A stretch of DNA of 64,000 bases, from contig JAFDYQ010000020.1 in NCBI GenBank assembly GCA_018267365.1, positions 1-64,000 of the forward strand, in the 5' to 3' direction. Below, in pieces: positions 28,923 to 39,345 of this stretch (position 1 is its first letter; the number at the start of each line of letters is the position of its first letter). Position numbers and translations under genes: made by a program. This DNA is from Bacteroidota bacterium. Its GTDB lineage: Bacteria > Bacteroidota > Bacteroidia > Chitinophagales > LD1. The notes below the pieces were generated by a model. The model worked only from the letters and a program-made list of their open reading frames with translations. It had not been told where the DNA came from and did not search any database.

Positions 28923-29870
28923 CTACTTCCCCCTATTCACATACTTACTTATCAGATAGGCATTCCTATCCGAAGCACTCCGCGATACCAGCTCTGCGAG
29001 GAAACCCGCCAGGAAAAGCTGCACACCTATCACGATAGCCAGCAGGCCCATATAGAAGATAGGCCGCTCAGTCATGTGGTAGGCAGCAAAGGCAAACTTG
29101 GCGATGGTCAGGTACACAGTGATCATAAAGCCGATAAAAAAGCTCAGCACACCCAGCCCGCCGAAGAGGTGCATCGGCCGCTTGGAGAAGCGCGTCATAA
29201 AGGATACCGACAGCAGGTCCAGCAGCCCAAACAGGAAACGCTCGATACCAAACTTCGTCGTACCGTACTTGCGCGCCTGATGCTGCACGATCTTCTCTCC
29301 TATCTTGTCATATCCCGCGCGTTTAGCCAGGATCGGGATATAGCGGTGCATCTCACCGTACACCTCCACACTCTTCACCACATCCTTGCGGTACGATTTG
29401 AGCCCGCAGTTAAAGTCGTGCAGGTTATCTATGCCGGAGGCCACACGCGCAGCCCAGTTATATAGTTTGGTAGGGACGGTCTTGGTGATCGGGTCGTAGC
29501 GCTTTTGCTTCCAGCCGGATATCAGGTCGTAGCCATCCTCCACTATCAGGCGGTACAGCTCCGGCACCTCATCCGGCGAGTCCTGCAGGTCCGCATCCAT
29601 TGTGATCACCACATCACCTTCGGCTTCGCCGAAACCTACATTGAGCGCCGCAGACTTGCCATAGTTGCGGCCAAATTTCACACCACGCAGTGTAGGGTAC
29701 ACAGACGATAGTTGCTCTATCACTTTCCACGATCCATCCTTGCTGCCATCATCCACCATGATCACCTCATAGCTGAAAGCATGCTCACGCATCACGCGGT
29801 CTATCCACGACATCAGCTCAGGCAGGCTCTCCTCCTCATTGAATAATGGTACTACTATCGATATCTGCAT
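28923..29870 (-). CDS. family 2 glycosyltransferase (polyprenol-phosphate glycosyltransferase type)
   Basis: ISIVVPLFNEE...VIMVDDGSKDGS...DADLQD, plus C-terminal transmembrane helices, typical of GtrB/ArnC-like GT2 enzymes. Confidence 0.8.
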   Translation of the reverse strand: MQISIVVPLFNEEESLPELMSWIDRVMREHAFSYEVIMVDDGSKDGSWKVIEQLSSVYPTLRGVKFGRNYGKSAALNVGFGEAEGDVVITMDADLQDSPDEVPELYRLIVEDGYDLISGWKQKRYDPITKTVPTKLYNWAARVASGIDNLHDFNCGLKSYRKDVVKSVEVYGEMHRYIPILAKRAGYDKIGEKIVQHQARKYGTTKFGIERFLFGLLDLLSVSFMTRFSKRPMHLFGGLGVLSFFIGFMITVYLTIAKFAFAAYHMTERPIFYMGLLAIVIGVQLFLAGFLAELVSRSASDRNAYLISKYVNRGK

Positions 29871-29879
29871 CGTCTTCCT

Positions 29880-30452
29880 TTATGCTCCTGTTTGTGGCGT
29901 ATTCATACGGATCAGGTCCTCCGAGCTACGCTTGATGAATACTGCTACAAGTAAGGAAAAAACAGCCGTACCCGCAAGCATAAAACCCAGATTACGAGCT
30001 ATCTGGCCATAGCTAGGGTCGTAGTCCTCCGGGTGTATTTTGGCCAGTTCTTCTTGCTGCTGCTCCGGCGTTTTGTTCATCACTTTCATCTCTCCCTTCG
30101 TCTTCGCCACCTGTATCTCATACACCTTGCGCGGAAAATCCTTATCGACCAGCTTGTTGACCAGCACAGTCGAGAAGGCATTGCCCAGCGCACAAAACGC
30201 AAAAACAATGTAGATGGACAAAAAAGCATCGCGAAAGGAGATCACATTGCCATGAAAGCTCCGGTAGGCTATACCGCTCCAGATAGCCAGCAGCAGCGCC
30301 ATCACGATGTAGAACACGCTGAACACCCCGGAGAGAAACATACTCTGAAACATCGCCTTATAGAACATATAAGACATCAGCCCGAGTGCGACTACGGCCA
30401 CATAGGCCATCGCGCCCACGCGCAGAGGTATATTAGGATTAAACCTTGCCAT
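29880..30452 (-). CDS. DUF4199-type membrane protein
   Basis: 190-aa polytopic membrane protein immediately upstream of the GT2 gene, a common Bacteroidota pairing. Assigned by sequence character only. Confidence 0.5.
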   Translation of the reverse strand: MARFNPNIPLRVGAMAYVAVVALGLMSYMFYKAMFQSMFLSGVFSVFYIVMALLLAIWSGIAYRSFHGNVISFRDAFLSIYIVFAFCALGNAFSTVLVNKLVDKDFPRKVYEIQVAKTKGEMKVMNKTPEQQQEELAKIHPEDYDPSYGQIARNLGFMLAGTAVFSLLVAVFIKRSSEDLIRMNTPQTGA

Positions 30453-31719
30453 CTGTCAGTGTCATCTTATCCTTATGGATCACGCCCACTACCTTACCGG
30501 TCAGGGCCGTACCCACAAAGGGTGTATTCCTTGATTGCGAGCGGATATCTTTTTCAGTGAAGGTCCATTTTTTCTCCGGATCAAAGATCGTCAGGTCGGC
30601 TTCTGCACCTTCGGCGAAACCACTCACAGGCAGCCCCAAAATACGGCGGGCATTGAGGCTCATCAGCTCTACCATCTTGGTCGCGTCGGCTTTGCCTTGT
30701 AGTGCTGTATTGGCCACCGCGTAGGCTGTTTCCAGTCCTATCATGCCGTAGTCAGCCTTATCAAATTCCAGCTTCTTGCATTCCTCGTCTTGCGGGTTGT
30801 GCTGCGAGGTGATCGTATCTATCGTGCCCTCCGTCACACCTTTGATCAGTGCATTGATATCGGCCTTGCTGCGCAGGTGAGGGTTCACTTTGCAGTTGGT
30901 ATCATATTGGCCGACATTGCTCTCATCCAGCAGCAGGTTATAAGCATTCACCGAGGCCGTGAGAGATTGGTTCTTCTTCTTTGCTGCTTTGATGAGCGCC
31001 ACTGAACCGGCCACTGATATATCCAGCAGGTGCAGGCGCGACTCGGTATAGTCCAGCAGGTAGATGTCGCGGTTCACTGCTATCTCCTCAGCCAGTGCAG
31101 GTGCCCCCGGCAGGCCGAGGCGCGTGCTTACCACACCTTCATTCATCATACCGTTCTTAGAGATGCTCTTGTCCTCCGGGTGGTTCATCACCAGCCCGCC
31201 AAAGGCTTTGACATACAGCAGCGCCCGCTCTACCATGCCACCGCTCGGACTTGCTTTCAGCCCATCGCTGAAGGCTATCGCGCCGGCCCGGTGCATGTCA
31301 TACATGTCTGCCAGGTCCTTGCCCTGCAGGTCATGCGTCAGCGCTCCCACAGGATGCACAGACACGATATTGTCTTTTGATTTATTGATCAGGTAGTCTA
31401 CCTGCGCTTTGCTCTGGGTGACAGGCTGGCTGCCCGGCATCACACAGATATGCGTGAAGCCACCTGCAGCCGCTGCACGGCAGCCGCTTTGTACAGTTTC
31501 TTTCTGCTCGTAGCCCGGATCATATAGGTTTACATTCATATCTACCCAACCCATTGAGACATGCAGGTTAGGCGCTTTGATCTCCTTAGCACGACCGGCA
31601 TCAGCTATTTTTGCCGCGATCTTTTTGATCTTGTCACTTGCTATGAGAATATCTACTACCTTATTGTGATACGGAGAACCCGGGTGTATGACGCGCGCCG
31701 CGCGGAGGATGATGTCCAT
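30439..31719 (-). CDS. pyrC: dihydroorotase (amidohydrolase family)
   Basis: 426-aa cyclic amidohydrolase with metal-ligand motifs (HVSMGWVD, ...GFTHICVMPG, SQHNPQDEE). Overlaps the previous gene by 14 nt. Confidence 0.75.
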   Translation of the reverse strand: MDIILRAARVIHPGSPYHNKVVDILIASDKIKKIAAKIADAGRAKEIKAPNLHVSMGWVDMNVNLYDPGYEQKETVQSGCRAAAAGGFTHICVMPGSQPVTQSKAQVDYLINKSKDNIVSVHPVGALTHDLQGKDLADMYDMHRAGAIAFSDGLKASPSGGMVERALLYVKAFGGLVMNHPEDKSISKNGMMNEGVVSTRLGLPGAPALAEEIAVNRDIYLLDYTESRLHLLDISVAGSVALIKAAKKKNQSLTASVNAYNLLLDESNVGQYDTNCKVNPHLRSKADINALIKGVTEGTIDTITSQHNPQDEECKKLEFDKADYGMIGLETAYAVANTALQGKADATKMVELMSLNARRILGLPVSGFAEGAEADLTIFDPEKKWTFTEKDIRSQSRNTPFVGTALTGKVVGVIHKDKMTLTDGKV

Positions 31720-31849
31720 CGGATAGTTTTACCGGACGTCAAAAATACGAAAATCCGTGATATAATCACTCACTTGTCCCCTGCAAGGCGAAGCCTCATA
31801 AAACAGAACATTTGCGACCTGTCTGCCGGTAGGCAGGGAGAAATGCAAC

Positions 31850-31893
31850 TAAAAAAATAAACATGCTATTTCTCGAAGCAATCTTCAACTTTA
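31850..31893. repeat. intergenic repeat family R1, copy A
   Basis: aaaaaaataaacatgctatttctcgaagcaatcttcaactttaa. A second copy sits at 56014..56056 (about 40 of 43 identical). Confidence 0.7.
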
Positions 31894-31902
31894 ATAATCA
31901 CA

Positions 31903-32808
31903 TTACTTCACTACATATCCCATAGGAGCTTTCATGTGAGAGCTTTTGATCATATCCGCCAGCGGCGGAAGCCCAATATCCTTGCGGCGCTGATCTACAT
32001 GAGCCACATCATATACCGGATTGACAGTCACAGATCCTGTCTCGGCATAGCTAAACTGTGTACCATAGCACTGCTCCAGCCGGCCATAGTCAGACACCAC
32101 CCTGTCATAGAGAAAGGCATAATACTCCGGCATCATATATCCCTGCTTCAGCTCCTGTAAAAGTATAGGCTGGAAAAACTCCCACATTTTGCTTCCATAT
32201 GCTCCATTGAAAAAGCCGTGCAACATAATGACAAAAGCATCCGTAGCTCCTGTATATCCCACTCTCTCATAGCGCGGAAGGCCATATTGTTTGACTAGCG
32301 CTACCAGTTGTTCCATATTGATGGAGTCTATGGTTTTCATCTGTACAGTGTCCAGGTCTGCGCCACGCACGGATTGATCCAGTCGCAGCATATTGTCCAG
32401 AGAATCCAGATACGCCTTATTGATCGTTTTTAAAAAGTCTTCTCTGCTTTTTTCAAGTACACGCTCACTATAAACTTTACTTGCTTTCAGCTTTCCCGGG
32501 CCGTTATCTTCTTTCCAATCCCAGCCATTGGCAGCAGCCACATTCAGCCAGATGAAAGCGCTATCCATGTCTCCTAGTGTTTCATAGGCATCGGCACACG
32601 ATAGCAGATCCGGCACATACATTTGATAGTATTCAAATGCCCGCCTGTATTCCCCGATAGCCTCTTGATTTTTCTTCTCAGCAAGGAGCATCCTCGCCCT
32701 ATGCGAATGATCAAGATAAGCAGCCATGCGCGCTACGCGCAAAGAATCCGGCAGGGCAGCAGCGGTAAAGAATACCACTAGTCCAATAAGCGTCATGATA
32801 ATTTTCAT
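31903..32808 (-). CDS. hypothetical secreted protein
   Basis: Signal peptide MKIIMTLIGLVVFFTAAA. No recognisable catalytic motif. Confidence 0.5.
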   Translation of the reverse strand: MKIIMTLIGLVVFFTAAALPDSLRVARMAAYLDHSHRARMLLAEKKNQEAIGEYRRAFEYYQMYVPDLLSCADAYETLGDMDSAFIWLNVAAANGWDWKEDNGPGKLKASKVYSERVLEKSREDFLKTINKAYLDSLDNMLRLDQSVRGADLDTVQMKTIDSINMEQLVALVKQYGLPRYERVGYTGATDAFVIMLHGFFNGAYGSKMWEFFQPILLQELKQGYMMPEYYAFLYDRVVSDYGRLEQCYGTQFSYAETGSVTVNPVYDVAHVDQRRKDIGLPPLADMIKSSHMKAPMGYVVK

Positions 32809-32894
32809 AGAAAGATTAGGTTATGTCTTAGAATACAGGCAGCCTCTGCGGTAAACATACCCGGCCACTAAGCCCTCCTTTGGGGGTTTGGGGG

Positions 32895-33545
32895 CTAAAA
32901 CGCCAAACTATAGCTTACTCCCGTCCCTGTATAGACCAGACCGGAGGTATAGTGGTTCAGCTTTCTGTACGCATGCTGCGAGTGCACGATATACATACTC
33001 CAGTCAAATAGCAGTAAGAAAGCCCCCTGCATCAGCACGCCCTTGCCTATACCACTCACCGCCTCGCGCGTGCCCTGTTTAGCTACGCGATCTGAGAAAC
33101 CCCACATGGCCGCACCCGCTCCCACATAGGCAAAGTCCAGCGCCCCGTTCAAAAGATAGAGCTTCTCTTGTCCATGCTGTTGCAGCACAGTCTTACCAAA
33201 AGTGATGTCATTATTGCGCTTCTTGCTGTAGGTCGCCGCCACACCAGGTGCCGCTATCAGGAGATTGACCGCGCCCCATATCGCATTGGTAGCGTGAAAA
33301 TACCTCTCTTCTCCATGCGTCAGCGGTGCGGCTATCGCGCCGTAGATCACATTGGCGCCTGCCCATCCCGTCAGGGTGAAGAGGCCGCGACGATTGATCA
33401 GGTTCTGTCGCTCGTTAAACTTTATCAGCTCCTGGGCCGGCATATATTCTTTGAAGTTGTGGTGTATCACCGTATCAGTCCGCTGTGCGTACGTCGGCAT
33501 ACTCAGCAGTATCATGCATAAGAATGTATAGGCAGCCTTCATCAT
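32895..33545 (-). CDS. hypothetical exported/membrane protein
   Basis: Signal peptide MMKAAYTFLCMILLSMPTYAQ. Gly/Ala-rich hydrophobic segments. Confidence 0.5.
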   Translation of the reverse strand: MMKAAYTFLCMILLSMPTYAQRTDTVIHHNFKEYMPAQELIKFNERQNLINRRGLFTLTGWAGANVIYGAIAAPLTHGEERYFHATNAIWGAVNLLIAAPGVAATYSKKRNNDITFGKTVLQQHGQEKLYLLNGALDFAYVGAGAAMWGFSDRVAKQGTREAVSGIGKGVLMQGAFLLLFDWSMYIVHSQHAYRKLNHYTSGLVYTGTGVSYSLAF

Positions 33546-35368
33546 TTATTCCTTTTAGGGCCATCGTCCAGTATAGGCCTGTTCTGCCGCTGCTCCGATG
33601 GCTGCGAGGTACTACCCGGCAGTGGCTCTTTATTGTAGTAGTCCACATTGATGATCTTGCAGCCCGGCAGCGCGCTGATCAGCGGCTCCGCCTGCGCGCG
33701 CGTCAGGTTATTATAGCTGATGTCCAGGATGCGCAGTGTCTTAATGCGCGATATCTGTGCGATCATAGAGCTCATATCTGCATTCAGGTTCATCGCTACA
33801 TTCAGATCGGTCAGGTGCAGATTGCTAAAGTCTGCCGGCAGTCCCTGCAGGTCATTACTCTTCAGGTCCAGTACCTGCAGGCTTTGCAGCTTGCTGAAGG
33901 ATGCAGGCAGCAGCGTGATCAGGTTGCCGCGCAGGTCCAGCGATACCAGAGCGCTCAGCCCATCTATACAGGCAGGCACCTTCTCTATCACATTATCTTT
34001 CAGCGTCAGCTTTTTCAGGTTCTTCATCTGGCAGAGATCATCCGGCAGTGATTTGATCTTCTTGTCAGCTTTATTGAAGAAGTCTCCATCGAGAAACAAA
34101 GAGTCGAGTTGCGTCAGCCTGCTCACACCGGATGCTATCTCGGCTATTCTATTTCGGTTCAGGTTGATAAAGCGGAGCTTGGTCAGGCTGGTCAGGGATG
34201 CAGGAAAGCCCGGCAGCTGGTTTCTGCTCAGGTCCAGCCACTGCAGTTCTGTGAGCTGATTGAAATCTGTACCCAGCGATGCGAGCTGATTGCCCGAGAG
34301 ATCGAGGATGCGCAGTTTGCTGAACCCACCAAATCCAGGCGGTAGATTCTGCAGTACATTCAGGCGGAAAGCATTATTGGGCGAACCGAGATACAGTTCT
34401 TCCAGGTTCTTCAGGCTGATGAAAGTAGCGGGCAGTGAGGTCAGCACATTTTCGCGCAGGCTCAGTACTTTCAGTCCTGTGAGCGAACCGATCTCAACCG
34501 GCAGCGATGCCAGACCACACTGATCCAGATAGAGGGCAGAGAGCTTTGGCAGGCCTCCGAGTGTCTTGGACACATCTACGAGATTGAGCGATAGATTCTG
34601 GCGTAGGCTCAGCACCTCCAGATTTGACAGCTGCGCAAAGGATGCCGGTAGCGCTTTGATGTCATTCACAGAGAGGTCGAGCTGCTGCAGCGATTTCACC
34701 TCACCTATCTTGCCATTCAGCTCCAGCAGGCCGCAGGCGGAGAGGTCCAGCGTTCTTACATTCATACCCTTCAGGCGCTCACACAGGTCATCATCATACA
34801 GATAGGCATTGTGCTCCAGGCAGAGGTAGCTGAGGCTTTTCAGCTTTGTGAATGTCTCCGGCAGCGCCTTGATATTATTATTGCGAAAGGTAAAGGAGTC
34901 GAGCGCCGTCAGGTTGCCCACTGATGATGGCAGCGCACTATACCCGCCGTCATTCAGTACCAGCACACGCAGGTCCGGGAGTTTTGACAGCAGGTCGAAG
35001 AGCTTGTCTACATTTAGCTTCCTCGCTTTTGTGATCGTGATCTTGCGCAGCTTTTTGAGCGACGCCACACGTGGGTCTATCTCCATGCCGGGATAGTAGG
35101 AGAGGTCGAGTGAGGTAGTAGCGGGATCGGCCAGAGCGGCATCTATACGGGCCTGCGCAGACACCAGTTCCTTTTTCTCGATAGCCGACTGCGCCTCCTT
35201 CCATTCTTTGTACACTATAGAGTCACGCACCTTTTCCGGCAGAGACTGCAGCCATTCGTCTTTTGTCTGCTTCAGGTTTTCTTTGGCCACCGGTTTCTGC
35301 GCATAGTTACTTTGGGCCACGGTCAGCATTATAAAAAGCAACAGGCAGGTATGAAAGTGTCTCGTCAT
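33542..35368 (-). CDS. leucine-rich repeat (LRR) domain protein, secreted
   Basis: More than 15 tandem LxxLxLxxNxLxxLP repeats. Signal peptide at the internal start MTRHFHTCLLLFIMLTVAQSNYAQ. Confidence 0.75.
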   Translation of the reverse strand: MTRHFHTCLLLFIMLTVAQSNYAQKPVAKENLKQTKDEWLQSLPEKVRDSIVYKEWKEAQSAIEKKELVSAQARIDAALADPATTSLDLSYYPGMEIDPRVASLKKLRKITITKARKLNVDKLFDLLSKLPDLRVLVLNDGGYSALPSSVGNLTALDSFTFRNNNIKALPETFTKLKSLSYLCLEHNAYLYDDDLCERLKGMNVRTLDLSACGLLELNGKIGEVKSLQQLDLSVNDIKALPASFAQLSNLEVLSLRQNLSLNLVDVSKTLGGLPKLSALYLDQCGLASLPVEIGSLTGLKVLSLRENVLTSLPATFISLKNLEELYLGSPNNAFRLNVLQNLPPGFGGFSKLRILDLSGNQLASLGTDFNQLTELQWLDLSRNQLPGFPASLTSLTKLRFINLNRNRIAEIASGVSRLTQLDSLFLDGDFFNKADKKIKSLPDDLCQMKNLKKLTLKDNVIEKVPACIDGLSALVSLDLRGNLITLLPASFSKLQSLQVLDLKSNDLQGLPADFSNLHLTDLNVAMNLNADMSSMIAQISRIKTLRILDISYNNLTRAQAEPLISALPGCKIINVDYYNKEPLPGSTSQPSEQRQNRPILDDGPKRNK

Positions 35369-35495
35369 CGTGAGTATAGGGATTGGTAAGGCAAATATCC
35401 TGAAAATAAAACGATGTGGCAATCGTTATCATATCAGCAGAGGCAATTAAATATTTTTTTTGATTTTTGGACCGGCTCAAAAACCAATACCCGCT

Positions 35496-36035
35496 ATGAA
35501 TTATACTATCCCGCAATATCTGTACTCTCTTGCTATCCTCATCATCCCAACAGTCTTTATAGGCATGGGTATGTATATGATCGTAAGAGCCTTTATCCGC
35601 CGCGATCAGGATCTCCGCCTGCTGGAGCTACGTATGGCTACCAATAAAGAGACCCGCCTGCTGAAGCTGCAGGCCTACGAGCGCATGGCGCTCTTTCTGG
35701 AGCGTGTGGCACCCGCCGCAGTCATCAGCCGCGTGATGGACCCTGATATGGTCAATCATGAACTGCAGCTGGCCATCATCCGCAATATCCGCTCAGAGTT
35801 TGAGCACAACCTGTCTCAGCAGATCTACATCTCCTCAGACGCCTGGAACCTCATCGTCTCCGCCAAAGATGAACTCATCAAGGCCACCGGCATGATAGCA
35901 CAGCAGATATCTCCCGATACCGCCGCGCCACAAGTAGCCCGCATCATACTCGAGTCCATAGCCAATAGCGGCCAGATGCTACCCACGCAGACCGCATTAG
36001 AGTTTCTGAAGAATGAAGCGCGGGAGCTATTGTGA
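35496..36035 (+). CDS. hypothetical membrane protein
   Basis: One N-terminal transmembrane helix (YLYSLAILIIPTVFIGMGMYMIV). Start taken at MNYTIPQ. Confidence 0.45.
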   Translation: MNYTIPQYLYSLAILIIPTVFIGMGMYMIVRAFIRRDQDLRLLELRMATNKETRLLKLQAYERMALFLERVAPAAVISRVMDPDMVNHELQLAIIRNIRSEFEHNLSQQIYISSDAWNLIVSAKDELIKATGMIAQQISPDTAAPQVARIILESIANSGQMLPTQTALEFLKNEARELL

Positions 36036-36056
36036 TAATAGAGCCAAAAGTACTTA

Positions 36057-36093
36057 GTAGGGACAGGTCGCGACCTGTCCCTACTCGTTTATT
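36057..36093 (+). terminator. rho-independent terminator
   Basis: 13-bp perfect stem gtagggacaggtc-gc-gacctgtccctac followed by tcgtttatt. Confidence 0.7.
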
Positions 36094-36146
36094 GACTATT
36101 CCGTACCTGTAAGGAAATATTAACTTAGCCCAGAGATGAAGTTTGC

Positions 36147-36171
36147 CTTTGTCTTGATACTTAATACTAAC
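36147..36171. repeat. intergenic repeat family R2, solo copy
   Basis: atacttaatactaacgactaaatac. One mismatch from the copy at 50586..50610. Confidence 0.65.
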
Positions 36172-36192
36172 GACTAAATACTTCGCGTAGCG

Positions 36193-37740
36193 ATGAGCAA
36201 ATTTACCACCGACTCCGGCATAGAGATACAGCGTGTATACGCACCCAAAGACCGCCCTGTAGAAGAGCCGGGCCAGTTCCCCTTCACGCGCGGCGTGCAC
36301 GCAGAGATGTACCGCAGCAAGCTCTGGACCATGCGCCAGTACGCAGGCTTCAGCACGGCAGAGGAGAGCAATAAGCGCTACCATTACTTGCTATCGCAGG
36401 GTGTGATGGGCCTATCGGTGGCCTTTGACCTGCCTACCCAGATAGGCTATGACTCTGACCACGCACTGGCAGAGGGCGAGGTAGGCAAGGTGGGCGTAGC
36501 CATCGACTCGCTGGAGGATATGCAGACGCTCTTTCACGGTATCAGGCTGGAAGATGTCTCCACCTCTATGACGATCAACGCTACGGGATACATCCTGCTC
36601 TCACTATACGTAGCTCTGGCCAAACAGCAAGGCGCTGACCTCAAGAAACTGACCGGCACGATACAGAATGACATCCTGAAGGAATACGCTGCGCGCGGCA
36701 CCTACATCTATCCGCCTAAGCCATCCATGCGCATCATTACAGATATCTTTGCCTATTGTAATACGGATGTGCCCAAGTGGAACACGATCTCCATCTCCGG
36801 CTACCACATCCGCGAGGCAGGCAGTACAGCGGCACAGGAGCTCGCCTTCACTCTCGCCAATGGCAAAGCCTACTGCCAGGCCGCGATGAGCCAGGGGCTC
36901 GACATCAATAAATTTGGCCAGCGCTTGTCATTCTTCTTCAATGCACACAACAACTTCTTTGAGGAGATAGCCAAGTTCCGCGCGGCACGCCGTATGTGGG
37001 CGCGCATCACCCAGGAGCTGGGCGCTACCGATGCCCGCGCACAGATGCTGCGCTTTCACACGCAGACAGGTGGCTCCACGCTCACTGCTCAGCAGCCGCT
37101 CAATAATGTGACCCGCGTCACCCTCCAGGCTATGGCTGCCGTCCTCGGCGGCACCCAGTCACTGCATACCAATGGCTATGATGAGGCACTCTCCCTCCCC
37201 ACCGAGCAGGCCGCCAAGCTAGCCCTTCGCACTCAGCAGATCATAGGCTACGAGAGCGGTGCGGTAGACAGCGTAGACCCGCTGGCAGGTTCCTACTTCG
37301 TAGAGCAGCTCACAGATGAGATAGAGGAGAAAGCTTGGAAATACATCCGCCACATAGACCAGCTCGGTGGCAGCGTATCTGCTATCGAGCAGGGCTATAT
37401 GCAGGAGGAGATAGCACGCGCCTCCTACGACTACCAGCGCCACATAGAGAGCGGTGAGAAGATCATCGTAGGTGTCAATAAATTTACTGAGAAGGAAGCG
37501 CCGCTCGCTGACCTGCCGCGCATAGACGACTCTATCCGCAAGGTACAAGCTGATAAACTCGCCGCGCTCCGCGCAAAACGCGACAATACCGCAGTGAAGC
37601 AATCACTCACTGCCCTGCGCGATGCTACGGTAGACGGCAGCAATATCATGCCACACGTGATACACGCCGTAGAGCAGTACGCTACCCTGGGTGAAGTGGC
37701 AGATACACTACGCGCCATATATGGAGAGTATCAGGGTTAA
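36193..37740 (+). CDS. methylmalonyl-CoA mutase family protein, catalytic (N-terminal) domain only
   Basis: 515 aa with a conserved MCM catalytic-barrel sequence ([23 protein letters not shown]..., [17 protein letters not shown]). The B12-binding C-terminal domain is absent. Confidence 0.8.
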   Translation: MSKFTTDSGIEIQRVYAPKDRPVEEPGQFPFTRGVHAEMYRSKLWTMRQYAGFSTAEESNKRYHYLLSQGVMGLSVAFDLPTQIGYDSDHALAEGEVGKVGVAIDSLEDMQTLFHGIRLEDVSTSMTINATGYILLSLYVALAKQQGADLKKLTGTIQNDILKEYAARGTYIYPPKPSMRIITDIFAYCNTDVPKWNTISISGYHIREAGSTAAQELAFTLANGKAYCQAAMSQGLDINKFGQRLSFFFNAHNNFFEEIAKFRAARRMWARITQELGATDARAQMLRFHTQTGGSTLTAQQPLNNVTRVTLQAMAAVLGGTQSLHTNGYDEALSLPTEQAAKLALRTQQIIGYESGAVDSVDPLAGSYFVEQLTDEIEEKAWKYIRHIDQLGGSVSAIEQGYMQEEIARASYDYQRHIESGEKIIVGVNKFTEKEAPLADLPRIDDSIRKVQADKLAALRAKRDNTAVKQSLTALRDATVDGSNIMPHVIHAVEQYATLGEVADTLRAIYGEYQG

Positions 37741-37746
37741 AAGATT

Positions 37747-38907
37747 TTAGTAACGCTTCTTGCCTAGGTGTAGCTTGGCGGCCAACTGGCGCATACGCCA
37801 CTTCATTTTCAGGTATACGAGCCGGGTGAGGCTGATATCCTCGATAGTCGTTTCCATATTTGGGTAGCGGGCGAGTGACGGAAGCGACAGGTCCAGGCGC
37901 TGTGTGGTCGCTTTGGTCAGTGGCATCCGACGGCGGTAGTGGCCATTCAGATCATACTCCAGATAGTATTGTCTTTGGGCTTGTTCGGCCTTCGATATCT
38001 GTATGCTATAGCCGCCTGATGTGTCAGTCACTGCCCCGTTTCCATAAAATATTCCTGCCGAGTCGATGACCCTGATGGATACATCGCGCAGTGGCCTGCC
38101 TCCATCCCATACTGTCCCATAGACTGCGAAATGGCTGGCTGCCGTCTCTTGCGTCACGTGGATCGCTCTTGCGATTCTGGTTATGATATTTTCTTTGCCG
38201 GGCCGTGTGATGATATGGGATACCATACTCATCCCCCCTACCATATGCAGCTCCCCGTCATCTATGTAGATATTATGGTTTTGCATGGCAGCAGTGTTTA
38301 AATGCTTTATCTCTTCCCGGCGGTCATTAGCTATTCTCAGGTAGGGTACACCGTACTTGTACTCCGCAGCAGCGAGCGATAGCTCAAAGAAACCATTACT
38401 ATCGGTTCTTGTACCGCTGCCGGTCTGCCCCCCTGCAGGATAGTGTACCGCCACCTCCACGTCTGCCAGTGGCTGCCGTTCATAATTCATCACTCTGCCA
38501 CATACAGATATGGTGTCTGGTATGAGTGTTATCGTAGTATCAGCATTCTTTTTACCGGATGTAGGTGCAGGCGTCTGGTCTGTCAGCACTGGTGGCGGTG
38601 CGGCCGCCGGCAGCGCTCTCCAGGCCAGCATCGGTAGCAGCCCGAGCAGCAGTGCTCTCCAGCGCAGGGTGCCATTATCCACGACAGCCATAGTAAGCGG
38701 TGCCTCTACCTGGTCACGGCGGAATCGGCCACAGCCTGCCTGATGTGTAGACAGGTACTCTATCACCTCCCGGTCCGTCATCCGGCTAAAATCTATGACC
38801 TCCCTGCTACAGCTCCGGCAGAAAGCGCCATGATCTGTAGAGGTCATGTCACTCCACTTCTCGTGGCAGGGGCTGGTCACCGTGATCTGGATTTGTTTAG
38901 GCTTCAT
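37747..38907 (-). CDS. hypothetical protein with N-terminal Cys-rich (putative zinc-ribbon) motif and CarboxypepD_reg-like domain
   Basis: CHEKW...FCRSCSREVIDF at the N-terminus. SGRVMNYERQPLADVEVAV...TDSNGFFEL resembles a carboxypeptidase regulatory-like domain. Confidence 0.5.
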   Translation of the reverse strand: MKPKQIQITVTSPCHEKWSDMTSTDHGAFCRSCSREVIDFSRMTDREVIEYLSTHQAGCGRFRRDQVEAPLTMAVVDNGTLRWRALLLGLLPMLAWRALPAAAPPPVLTDQTPAPTSGKKNADTTITLIPDTISVCGRVMNYERQPLADVEVAVHYPAGGQTGSGTRTDSNGFFELSLAAAEYKYGVPYLRIANDRREEIKHLNTAAMQNHNIYIDDGELHMVGGMSMVSHIITRPGKENIITRIARAIHVTQETAASHFAVYGTVWDGGRPLRDVSIRVIDSAGIFYGNGAVTDTSGGYSIQISKAEQAQRQYYLEYDLNGHYRRRMPLTKATTQRLDLSLPSLARYPNMETTIEDISLTRLVYLKMKWRMRQLAAKLHLGKKRY

Positions 38908-39224
38908 ACGGCTGGGTTTTGGTGATAGTAGGCTTACGTCATCGCGTGTATATGTTTAGGTGAGGCGAGGCAGGTAAACAACCCCGCGGATGTGTCGTCC
39001 TGGGGGTTGTACGTTTCAGAGGGCAAGTATCCTGATGCGTTTTCACAGGATCAAAGATACATCGGCGGCAGGGTCAAAGTGGTATTATATGCGTCACGAG
39101 TTTGCCAGTTTATCCTGACAAAACTGTGATAGTATAACGTCGCTTTATTTAAGGAAATTGTATACGAGCCGCAGATAATATGTACAGCATCTCCGATACG
39201 CTGATCACCGTATCTGACTTTATC

Positions 39225-39308
39225 TTTCTCGCCTCTAGATTCTTGCCTCATGCTTCTTGATTCTTGCTTCTTGATTCTTGTCTCTGGGTTCTTGTCCCTC
39301 GCCTCTCC
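39225..39308. repeat. heptanucleotide tandem repeat (about 12 units, consensus YTTCTTG / CAAGAAR)
   Basis: tttctcg cctctag attcttg cctcatg cttcttg attcttg cttcttg attcttg tctctgg gttcttg tccctcg cctctcc. Confidence 0.7.
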
Positions 39309-39318
39309 CCCACCGGCA

Positions 39319-39345
39319 ATAAAAAAGGGCGGGATACCCCGCCCC
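39319..39345 (-). terminator. rho-independent terminator (minus strand)
   Basis: On the minus strand, a ggggcggg-tatc-cccgccc hairpin followed by tttttt. It lies about 290 nt downstream of the T9SS cargo gene that ends at 39636. Confidence 0.6.

Noticed and set aside
31823-31860. Hairpin cctgtctgcc-ggta-ggcagg followed by an A-run as a terminator
   Set aside because: The U-run would precede rather than follow the hairpin on the minus strand, and nothing U-rich follows it on the plus strand, so it does not have terminator geometry in either direction.
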